From Klebsormidium nitens (taxonomy: Eukaryota; Plantae; Klebsormidiophyceae), in contig DF237029.1 of NCBI GenBank assembly GCA_000708835.1, positions 86,658 to 150,657 on the forward strand: DNA of 64,000 nucleotides. Reading direction: 5' to 3'. The position numbers were made by a program, and so were the translations under genes. Positions 48,153-58,863 of this stretch are shown in pieces. Under the pieces are notes generated by a model. That model ran no database searches and had not been told where the DNA came from. It saw only the letters and a list, made by a program, of their open reading frames with translations. Every line of letters begins with the position of its first letter. Positions within the stretch are counted from its first letter, which is position 1.

Positions 48153-51100
48153 CTAGTGCATCGAAGCAGAAGCTGGTGAGAGTAGGATTCTGCCTTGCTC
48201 GTTCATGTAGTAGTGGTTGTAATTGATCCGTATAACAAGGTCGGCAAGATGAGGGAAATGGCCCACGTTCAGTTTTGAAGACAGGACCTGCAGCGACGGC
48301 GGGCAGCGACTCGTCAAGATGGTCGAAAAGGACATCAAAGAGACATCAAAATTCACGGAATTATTCCAACTTCTAAAGAGGCCGGAACCGAAATATGGCT
48401 ATGCTCGAAACGAGCGAGAGGGCAAATTGGCCGTCGAGAGAAAGGTCTAGTGCAGAAACAAATCAAACTTGCTTATCAAAGCGATTACATCCACTGTCGT
48501 GCGTAATCTCCAATTTGCTAACTTCGGGAAGAGGTAAACGAGCCAGACTCGTAGCGCATCATGCAGAACGATTACCAGACGGATAATAGCACGGTGAGCT
48601 TCCGTTGGCAACTGCGCAGCCTTGTCCGAGGCGGAACAAAAATTTGTTTGTCACCATGAGGGACAATTTAGAAGGGACCTTGGTGTATGACAGCACGCTC
48701 ATGCTTGTTAAGCAAAAGGCACAGGAGCACTATTTTGCACTGTTTTGCATCCAGGACGCCACCCCCTATCCGTATCAAGACGTGATAGTTTGTCGCATCG
48801 TCGAGCCTCGGCCGAAGACGCCACCGCCTGCCCTCAGTAACAAAACCAAGAGTAACAACCAATCGATCAGCGACTTTAAGCCCTGACCCGAATGGACCGC
48901 GGCAGGAAAACAGACTTGTCAAGCGGAAAAAGAGCACACCTAGAAGCCCGATACGGACGGGGCACCTCCTCCGCAGCAGGCAGAATCAATGCCTCGTTTT
49001 TTGGGTAGACACATTTCAGAGTGGAACGGAAGAAGGTGGTCGCGCCTCACCCGCAGCAGGAAGACCATGCTCTCGTGGAACTGGCGCTCGAGGCGCAGCA
49101 TCTCGGCCTCGCCGCGCGCGAGGACGTCCGGGTTCGCGCCGTCCGAGGAGAGCGTCCGCTGGAGCGAGCAGAAGTCCAGCGCGATCGCGACCATTGTGCG
49201 CACACGGCTCGCCAGGAGCGTCCACTGCAGCAAGCGGTCAGGGAATCGGGTGAGACTCCCCGCTGGTGGGAATGTGAGACTTGTAAGAGTCAGTACGCTG
49301 TTGTTGAATTTCTTATGGACGAACTCAATGTTCGTCCAGAAAATATTTCTGTCGGCATTTTCCATATAAGAATTTGACGTGCATCTCGGTGTTGTTACAA
49401 AGAAACATTGGAAGTTTTACAAGAACGTTTGAGCTTTGCAAGGTGTTTTCAGGGGGTATTGAGGATTTGGGAGACTTCTAAGGACCCCAGGATCTAAGGA
49501 AGTGCGCTCTGTAATCATCGGGCGTTCCAGGTCAAGGGGTTTGGGGGTCGCTCATGTTTGAAGTTGGGGGATTTGTGGTCTTTATATGGTTAGCGCGGCA
49601 GATTCGTAGCGCACATCCAAAGGTTTGAACCACTTTGAACGAGGCAGCTCGTACAAGCGACTCGTGCGTTTGAGGGTTTGTCCATGTCATTGTTCTGGGC
49701 AGGATTTGAGATCTGAGGTATGGCATGTCGAAAGCGTCCGCTGGCGCTTGGCGGGATCGCAACTTTAGAAAACTAGCGAGAGACAAACCGAAAGGATGCC
49801 CTTCGCGGACCACTGTTGAAACTGAAAAGGACCGGCAGAACGCGCAGATCGCACGGAGCGTCTCACCAGCTTGTCGGAGGCGACGAGGCACTGCTTCTGG
49901 ATTGCGGCCAGGTAGCGCTCGTGGCACGCGATGACCTCGTCCAGGCTGGTCGCCGCGGCCATCTCCGTGCGAAGGTCCAGCCACGCGCTGTGGAGGACCT
50001 GGCGGGGAAGCGGGATGGGCAGTGAGCTTTCAGCCTATTGAAGCGCCGTTTGAGTGGGCCATTTCGACGTCAAACTCACGAAAAATAATAGCAAGCCGAG
50101 ATAGTAGGAAGGTAACCGCACTGAGATGGTTAGGGCTAGTTTGGTGGTTAGTGGGTACGGGTGCGGAGCGGGTGTATTTTTGAGGTAGAATTTTCTAGTG
50201 TTAGTTGGAGCTTATTATTATTTTGGCTTACTATTATCTTTCTTGAATTTTATCATTTGGACGGCTCCTTTCGACCAGATGCCAGTAAATGAAATAGGTA
50301 CGCGTGGCAACGAGAGCGACGTAGAGAAGACGCGGGGGTGGCCGAGATGGCCACCGACTTGGGAAATATCCCGCTGCTGAGAGCGATATTGACGAGGGGC
50401 ATCATAAAATGCTGAAGTGCGCTTGTTCTTTCAGAGGTAATATAGAGTTGGGTTAATCACTAACCCGGTCCATGACGTATTGGTGCAGCGTGTTGATGAA
50501 GTGGAGCAGCTTTTGCTGGAAGAGGAGCCGCTGCTTGCCCCCGGAGCTGCCCAGGCCGTTGATCTACGGCAGACAGCCACGTAGCACCACGTGAGCGGCT
50601 AGATCGTTCGTCCGGTCCTCCGGCTAGGACAAATCTTTCCGAGCACCAGAGGGATCTTCGACTGAGCCCGGATTGAGCGGAGGCAAGGGCTGTCCCGTCA
50701 AATCGGCCATGTAAAGCGCTTCACAGCTGCACTAATGGCTGGTCGGAAGATTGACGAGAAGATGAACGACGCTCTTCAGTCATGTCGCACGGCAACCAGT
50801 GTGCGAGAAAGAAACCGGTTTCAACCGAGGCATTTTGGAGGGGCAGCAGAGCAAAGCGGGTTTACCTTCCACCGGGCGGCCCTGTCGAGGCCGTGCTTGG
50901 CCCGCTTGAGCTTGAGTAGAAAGGCCATGACTTGGTTGTACTTGTGGATGGCCGCCTCGCTGATGATCAGCTCCAGCGGCCACGATACCTGCGCAACGAA
51001 CCGAAGGCACTAGAATAAGAGAGAAGGTCCTCTTTGCCTAGTCAGATCACAAAAGTGCGGGCTAAGGTGGGAACGACAACGAAGACACAGGATGGATGAT

Positions 51101-54100
51101 TGAGAGGTGGGCCCGGCTGGTGTGCCCCATTCACGCGGTTCTTAAAAGCTTGAGGTTGGTGCCGATTGATATCTTGCCACCATAGTGGAACACGCACCGC
51201 CCATCCAGAAACTACAAAGCTGAACTATCAGAACATCTCGAAGCGCTGCCGAGTACTGGCTCTTTTTGTTAAGATCCAAAGAGTCCATTCGAACTAACGT
51301 TTCGACAACCGCTTGCTTATCGTTGACCTCACTAAGCAACAACCCGGCGCTCTCGGCAGCTAGGACCTCCTGCTTTTGCACAGTGTGAGCTATACGAGCA
51401 CACTCTTCCCCCACACCACACCGCACGCTTGACGCATCCATGCTGCGGGCCCGACCTACCTTGTAAGAGAAGCGGAGGCAGTCGAGCGCGTCGATGCCGA
51501 AGCTGCGCAGGACGGGGCGGTGGCTGGGGGCGTCGCTGCCTTCCGGGTCGACGACCCGGATCAGCAGCGAGTCCTGGATGAGGGACAGGGCGGAGTCGCC
51601 CGAAGCGCGCACCGAGTTCTGCGAGAAAAGGGCTCAGAAGGTTTGATACGCAGTCGAGAGACCGCCTTCTGAGGCGGTTGCAGAAGAGAAGCGCGATCGA
51701 TGGGGTAGGTACTGACGTCATCTCTCGGGGTTTGCTGAAAGCAAGACTCGCCTTGGATGTGGTGTTATCAGCACGGTTTATATGGTCGTAAGGCGTTACT
51801 CCATTCCTGCTCGCTGCTTGAAAGGACGAAGCTCCCCCAACATCCCTGCTCTATGAATCGTCCTACCACTCCAAAGAAAGACAGAACCCCAAAAGTCAGC
51901 AAGGAACCATCCAACAGCGATATGCCCTACAAACGTGACACTGTCCGATACGTAGAACCCATACCTTCGCACTACATCACCAGGCCCCAACAATTTAAAA
52001 CAGCCAAAACTCCCCCCACCTGGAGCATGGTGTTGAGCTCGTGGAAGTCGTCCCAGGGCTCGCGCCGCTCCAGCTTGGCGAAGAGCGCGGTCGTGAACTG
52101 GTGCAGCACGTCGCCCGACCCGAGCAGGTACACCGCGCGCAGGATGGCCAGCTCCTCGATCAGCTGCCACTCGCCCATCAGCCGCGCCAGCAGCCGTGCA
52201 CCCACGTGGTCGACCTGCACTCTTGGGCGCTTTCAGGGTTAAGCGCGGGTTAGGGAGTGGGGTTTCAAGTGGTTCATATGCTGTTACTTCCAGGGTTTCG
52301 GGGTTGCAGGAACGGGTTTGTGAGATAAGGCGGATGCTGTGGCTGCTGTTCGAAAAGGAATTTTGCAACCGCTTGCGGAGGAGCTTTCTCGCCGCGCGCA
52401 CGTACGATGCACCTGCACCGTCGGGCGCGCTCTCAAGGCTCACAGGTTACATGATTGTTGTTTCGGGTAGGTCGTGTACTGTTGCATTCTGCTCGGAGAG
52501 GACTGTTGCATTGCCCGAAAAGGAGCTGTTTTTGTCGTGTGCCAGCATGGTCCACGACAAAATCTACACGTGGGATCAGTGCGCTGTTCCGGGCAAATTA
52601 TTGGGTTGCGAAGCAAGAACCTAGCAGAATGTTGACTAGCGGAAGAGTTGCGCGCCGGAAATACTCAACGTTCGAGGGGCCAGAGCAAGAAACTGCGAGT
52701 GGAAGCAGAAGGATTCTGAGTTGCCAAGAAAGATGCGGTGTGCTCCTTCAAGCAGAAATATCTTGCTTGATGAACGACAAGCTGATTGCACAACTCTCCA
52801 AGCCTCGCTTTACAATGTCCGCACTCCCACGTAGACCTCTAAGCAATCTCCAGATTCGTCTTAGCGCATCGAACTGATTCGGAGTAACCCTTTAACGTTT
52901 AACTCTCCACAACCGATTCACAAGAATCTCCAGAAGATGTCCCAAACTTCGTACCTGCTGGCCGATATGTTTTAAGAGGCACTCCTGGATGAGCACCGCA
53001 GGCGGCGGCGTCGCTCTGAGCCTCGCCTTCCGGAGCCATTCCAGCTCGTCCCCTCTCCCCACTCCGAAACTGACACGTGGCAGCCACGTGGGCTCTCTAG
53101 CCACTCGCTGCATGAGTGAGCCCGCATCTAGTTTGCACAGATCCACCACCAGCGCCCCTCCGTTCGGCGCGTTCGCGTAGTCGTTCCCCGGTACCCGCCG
53201 AAAAAGTTCGTCATCATCTCCCCGTCCGCTCGTGCTTGCCGCTTCTGTCTCCTGCCCCAGAGCTGCCCGGAGGTCCGCGTCGTCGAGCGGCGGCAAAGCT
53301 AGAAACTCTGCCCTCTCTAGTTGTCCGTCTCCGTTCTGATTCTGGCTTCGAGTGTTGGCGTCATGTCGGAGGAAGCTGTACACGGCGTCCGAATTGGTCT
53401 GCGCGGCCGCTCCTTCGGACGCCTCAATCGCCGCATGCTGCAGCGCGACAGCCCAATCCTCGACTACAAACGACTTCGCCCACAAGCTACTCAAACTATC
53501 CCCTTCATCCGAGCTCTGCGCACTTTCAGACGCCTCGGTCCGTTCCGCCAACACTGTAGCCTTTTCCGCTTCCGACCCCACTTTCGCTGTCACCAACAAC
53601 CTCAGCGAGTCGCAAAACTTGTGGTACAGCGGCCGCCGCTCCTCGCGGCTCCGTTCCGCCGAGAACTCTTCCTTTCCGCCGGAAGGAATCGGCTCCGACG
53701 ACGCAGCCTGCGGAAGCCTTGGCGAGAAGGCGACTTCCGTCCTCAGCGGCGTGTGCAGCGGGGACGCCCTCTGGGACGGGCTGGGCAGCTGCGAGACGAG
53801 GCTTGCGCGCCGGCTGCGTGTGTCCGGCGGAGTGGGGGGATTCGATGCCCGCAGCCCGGGGGAGGGGGGAGCGGAATAGCGGAACGGGCTCTTGGACGGC
53901 GAGGAGAAGGGGAAGGACGTCCGGGGGAAGGGCCCGGCCGACGGGCGCGCCAGCTCCGAGGAGGGGTCCTGAATCACGTGGTTCAGCAGCTGCAGCGATT
54001 TGCCGGTCCGCAGTATGGCCGGGGCGAGGCCGCTCAGGAAGGGGGGGCAGATGAGGTCGTCTTCGGGAGGCGGGGACGTTGGCGTGCTTGCTGCGCTAGC

Positions 54101-57100
54101 TGGGGGGGGCAGGAGGGGGTCGGGAACTGAGGAAGGGGAGTCACCAAATGTGANNNNNNNNNNNNNNNNNNNNNNNNNNNNNNNNNNNNNNNNNNNNNNN
54201 NNNNNNNNNNNNNNNNNNNNNNNNNNNNNNNNNNNNNNNNNNNNNNNNNNNNNNNNNNNNNNNNNNNNNNNNNNNNNNNNNNNNNNNNNNNNNNNNNNNN
54301 NNNNNNNNNNNNNNNNNNNNNNNNNNNNNNNNNNNNNNNNNNNNNNNNNNNNNNNNNNNNNNNNNNNNNNNNNNNNNNNNNNNNNNNNNNNNNNNNNNNN
54401 NNNNNNNNNNNNNNNNNNNNNNNNNNNNNNNNNNNNNNNNNNNNNNNNNNNNNNNNNNNNNNNNNNNNNNNNNNNNNNNNNNNNNNNNNNNNNNNNNNNN
54501 NNNNNNNNNNNNNNNNNNNNNNNNNNNNNNNNNNNNNNNNNNNNNNNNNNNNNNNNNNNNNNNNNNNNNNNNNNNNNNNNNNNNNNNNNNNNNNNNNNNN
54601 NNNNNNNNNNNNNNNNNNNNNNNNNNNNNNNNNNNNNNNNNNNNNNNNNNNNNNNNNNNNNNNNNNNNNNNNNNNNNNNNNNNNNNNNNNNNNNNNNNNN
54701 NNNNNNNNNNNNNNNNNNNNNNNNNNNNNNNNNNNNNNNNNNNNNNNNNNNNNNNNNNNNNNNNNNNNNNNNNNNNNNNNNNNNNNNNNNNNNNNNNNNN
54801 NNNNNNNNNNNNNNNNNNNNNNNNNNNNNNNNNNNNNNNNNNNNNNGGATGCACGGCGGGGGCCGGTCTGACTAGGGAGGGGCTGAGTGGCGGGTTCGGG
54901 GGGGTAAGCACTGCTGTGACTGGACCGGGCTTCGGGGGTTTGCGGGGGGCTGGGACGATGCCGCCGCCGGAGGGAGTGGCCCAGCAGCCAGAAGGCAGAG
55001 TCTTCGATTGGGACCGCGGGGTTTGCACAGATGAACAACTGTACGAATCGAAGCGGAATGTTGAAAAGACAAAACCCCAAACATCCGTAGCCGCTGATGC
55101 TTTTTCTTCTTCGTCAATCACCTCGACGCCTCGGACGCCTTGGAAGATGGACCAGAACCTGATCAGGAAAGAGCATGAGATGAAACGTTGGAAATCGGAA
55201 CCGAGGACGCTTGAGGGCGTTCTCGCTTCGGTTGTGCTCACCTCATTCGCGGCGTCTTGCAGGATGCCTTCCTCCAACCAGGCGTTGAGCGCCGTTAACA
55301 TGGGCTGGAGCGAGGCCAGGAACAGCGAGAGCACGGTGCGATAGGCCGCCTCCTGCACAAGCGGAAAAGCACAACGTGACTGTCTGACCAGCAACGGGGA
55401 GTTAACCACGAATGTCAGTCATACAACATGCAACAACGGGCTTCCAACTCACCATAAGATGCGGGATGTCAGCCCGGTATATGTACACCCCAAGCGCAAA
55501 AGTACTCGGTGCCTTGTCAGAGTCTCCCCGTTGGTCCTCGTCTGTTTTGCTGAAGTTGCAGTGGACTCATAACTCCAGCAGAGGCCTCACCAAAAACAAT
55601 CGACTCCCTTCACAGGAAATAGATGGTAAGAGAGTTAGGAAAAAGGGACGAGTACGGGACGTGGGTTGACCCACCTCGCCGTCTTCGAGGAGGCAGTGTT
55701 GGCCCATCAACTGGTAGAGCACGGACAGCAAGTGCTCCGCGTCGTCCGCCGCGTTGCCGGTCTCTGACGCAGTCACAGCGTCCAGCACCATTTCCAGGAA
55801 CCGACTCCCTTGCAAGACCCTGCATGGCAAGGTAAAACGAAGAAAGTGGGTGTGATCGCCAATCTGTGACTATCGTAGGCTTGGTCTAATAACTCGTGTA
55901 TGCCGTGACGCACAATAAGACGAAATGAAAGGGTCGCCGAGCTGTCGGGACCCCGGATCAGTGACATTTTCAGGAGTGCAAAACCTGGGGGTTGAAGCAT
56001 CCTCCTCACACTTCCGTTTTCACAGGGAGGCTTGGAGTCAAACAACTTCGAACCTTCATGAGGATCCCAACAACCTGAGCCTGTCGACTTGCAGAAAATT
56101 GTCACATCGAGAAGACAACGGAACTGCAACTTAGCCGTCTGTTCGAAGTGGTCATCTCACCCCCGTAGCCTCTGCCGAAGGCTCAGCAGGGTGACTTGGG
56201 TTCCTGCCGCCCCACGAGCTGCCTCACTTTCTGCCTCCACCACAGAGGCCATCAGGCTCTGAACCTGGATCCGCAGCGCATTGGCAAAGGCTTCCATGGT
56301 GGGGCCTCGCGCCTGCCTGCGCTCGTCCCCAAAGCTCTGCCAGGTCTTGGCGCGGACGCCGGCGATCCAATCCTGGAGTTAGTAGAGTTTGGGGCATGGG
56401 TCAGCATTGTTGAGACGGATTCCAGCCAGGTTATCATTGCAAAGCTGCATAACTGTAGATGGAATGAACAATCCTGGAGAAAGCCCAGGCACAGAGGCAC
56501 AGAGGCGTGGTTTTCACATCTTCAATGTGGATTGTTGTTCCTCTGTCTTTTGAGATAAGCTCCATCAGGGCTTAAGGTATAGCTTTGCGCCGGAGGCAAA
56601 CCTGAACGTGCTTGAGGCTGGAAGCTGCAACTAGGAATGGCGCAAGAAGCTGACGCAGGGAGCTGGGGGACAGATGCGTGACGTGCACCCCGTCAATTAG
56701 TTGGAACCGGTGGGCCCCGGAGCAAAAGGCGCTTTGGACAGTGCCTTGCAGTAGGCGGAGCACTTGGCGCACCTGAAAAGGAGGAGACTGTAGCTTAATC
56801 CTTCAGGAAAGCCCGTTCTAGCCTTCTTTCCTTTGTTCTATTCAAGAATTCTTATACACAGTGTAAGACTAGACATGAGTACTTTGGTCTGCAAGAAAGG
56901 TCTTAATTTTCGAACTTTAAAATCAACCAGGAGTTTTTATGCGACCCTCCTGATGTGTTCTCAAGCGTAGAAACAACAACTTTACGTTCAGGAACTTCAC
57001 TTGCCGTCCTTTGTAATACATTCCTTACTGGGTGGGGGCAGCTTGAACGGCTTCTCAACTTCTATCGATGTAGAAGTCCCGTACCCTTTCTTACTTTCCA

Positions 57101-57878
57101 AGGGGGGCATACTCACAAGTACGGCTTCAGTGGTCCTCAGGCTCGGGTTTGGTTGCAGGGATGCCAAACCACTTCCCCTGCTTCTGGAGATTGCTTCAAC
57201 CAGAGTGCCACTCAGATCAGCAGCGTTTGGCTCAGCCTCATCTTCCTCAACCAGGTTACTTGGCCCGCTCTCTTCGTCCAACTGCAGGCTGTACGTTTTC
57301 CAGTCAAAGGTGTGGGGGGAATCCTGATCTGAGCCTGCTGTTGCTTCTTCATCGCTGGCTCCTGGAAACTCCTCTGACACTGACTCCCCATCGTCGCTCT
57401 TCAGGTCAGACTCTGTGGACCAGTCATAGCTCCATTCAGAGTCCACGTCATCAGAGTCATCAATGTCTTTGATTGATAGCTCGGTGGAAGGCTCCTCGAA
57501 AAGTTTAGGCTCAAAGTCAAGAGGGGTCGACGCAGGAGCATCAGCAAGGTGGTAAAGCAGACTGAGAACTGATGCATTGACATCCGGATAAAAGGATTGG
57601 AGGGGTTGCTTTTGGAACTTGGCTGTTAGCACCTTCAGAGCATCTGCTTTTCTGAGCTGACTGTTTATTTCAAGGCGCTGGAGCAGCTCCTTGTACTGAG
57701 AGCTTACAGTGCTGGGGTTTGGATCTAAGTACGTGTGCTGTGCTGTGTTCTGCAAGCAGAATTGGAGGGCGATGCTGAAGTTCTCCGTCTGCGGTTGAAG
57801 CTCTGCCTGTCTTTGGACGAGATCTCCAAACAGCTTTTCATTCAGGGCGCGTTCCCGCTGCGCAAACGCGGACGCCAT
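48153..57878 (-). CDS. GCP5: Gamma-tubulin complex component 5 (GCP5/TUBGCP5), interrupted by an assembly gap
   Basis: Exons 57117-57878, 56602-56772, 56161-56372, 55675-55819, 55242-55352, 55038-(gap)-52955, 52020-52214, 51460-51618, 50866-50988, 50465-50563, 49867-49998, 49051-49224, 48153-48287. Motifs: CPPFL..ILRTGKSLQLL, LRAVYLLGSGDVL, SWPLELII, LLHFINTLHQYVMDRV, KLNVGHFPHLADLVIRINYN. The C-terminus is plant GCP5-like. Confidence 0.88.
50069..50253. mobile_element. MITE-like element, copy 2, in a GCP5 intron
   Basis: Inverted homologue of 24251-24438, sharing the core gtgggtacgggtgcggagcgggtgt. Flanked by catttcgac (50060-50068) and catttggac (50254-50262), an 8/9 match consistent with a 9-bp TSD. 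Confidence 0.78.
54154..54846. other. Assembly gap (N run) within a GCP5 exon region
   Basis: Continuous N bases. Confidence 1.
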
Positions 57879-58099
57879 CAGAACATCAAATGTGATTCGT
57901 GAGCATTTCAGCAGGACCCGCTTGCAGACGGACTCCCTGTGACCCCGCCCCACTTTCTTCCCCCTTCAGTTCAAGCATCTTCGCGTCAAATTGGGCCGTA
58001 AGCGCTGAAGGCTGAAAGTGTCAATTGGTAACCCAACCACATCAATGATCAATCCCCCCTCCCTTGTTATGCTCCTGGACTTTCTTGATGATGGTGGTG

Positions 58100-58496
58100 G
58101 CACTGCAGCAAGAGGCACAAAGTTTGCGAATAGAATTCGGGAGAATCGGACACGGACAGCCTGTTCGGACACTTGAAAGTGCTCGGGTAGCAGGAAGAAT
58201 ACACCAGAACCCTAAGGTCAGTGGCTTAGCCGTTAGTAGGAACCCTAATCGTAGAGCAGTCACAGGGAAAAGGCGTAACCCTAACAAACCGTCACAGAGA
58301 AGTGGCGTAACCCTAACATACCGTCACTGCTTTTCTACTTAACCCTAAGTCATCATGAGTGCCCGGGTGCTTCTTCGGCTAGGTACCGCACGAGAAGCGA
58401 CGGTGCATACCGTGCGTTGCCAAATCTGGTCCGGTACCGTCCGCACCCGATTCTCCCAAATTTTATTCGCAAACTTTGTACGTTTTGCGGCACTGC
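58100..58496. mobile_element. TIR element (about 397 bp, TIRs of about 55 bp) between the divergent GCP5 and EDR4-like genes
   Basis: Left gcactgcagcaagaggcacaaagtttgcgaatagaattcgggagaatcgg; reverse complement of the right end gcagtgccgcaaaacgtacaaagtttgcgaataaaatttgggagaatcgg. The flanks atggtggtg and atggtaccc share only their first 5 nt. Confidence 0.7.
58208..58348 (+). promoter_or_regulatory. Array of five telomere-like/telo-box AACCCTAA motifs
   Basis: AACCCTAA at 58208, 58241, 58277, 58309 and 58341. Two of them lie in a near-exact 32-bp tandem repeat (gtcacag...ggcgtaaccctaaca.acc). Confidence 0.7.
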
Positions 58497-58863
58497 ATGG
58501 TACCCAAATCACATGTAGGGTAGGTATTCAGAATCACAATTGGCATTGCTGCTTGCAATATGCAGGCATTTGGGAGTTTGAACTGCATCCTCGAGTCTGA
58601 GTCACAGAGCGAAGTGCACGGTACTACGTAGGATAGGTACGTACCGAGGTCCATGGGTAGTGTGAGCTCAATGCGGTACCGTACCGGGCGCGGTTGGGGC
58701 AGCGCGCTGGGTGTGATCGAGGAGGATCCCCCTCAATCCACTCACATGTGCACAGTGCATGAGCTGAAAATGACATCACTCCTGTGGCTATGGCGGCTCC
58801 AGCGAGCGTCTCTCCAAAACCTGCTTGTGAGATCGTCAATGTGTGACTGATTGCTTTCAGGGC

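Noticed and set aside
48605-48886. 93-aa plus-strand ORF in the last GCP5 intron
   Set aside because: It has a non-ATG start and no coding-like codon bias or motif.
44635-57878. Cyclin D next to GCP5 as a possible cell-cycle gene cluster
   Set aside because: Two convergent neighbours with no shared promoter; chance adjacency is sufficient.
58208-58348. Chromosome end or interstitial telomere fusion
   Set aside because: The units are isolated and spaced about 32 bp apart rather than contiguous, and intact genes flank both sides.
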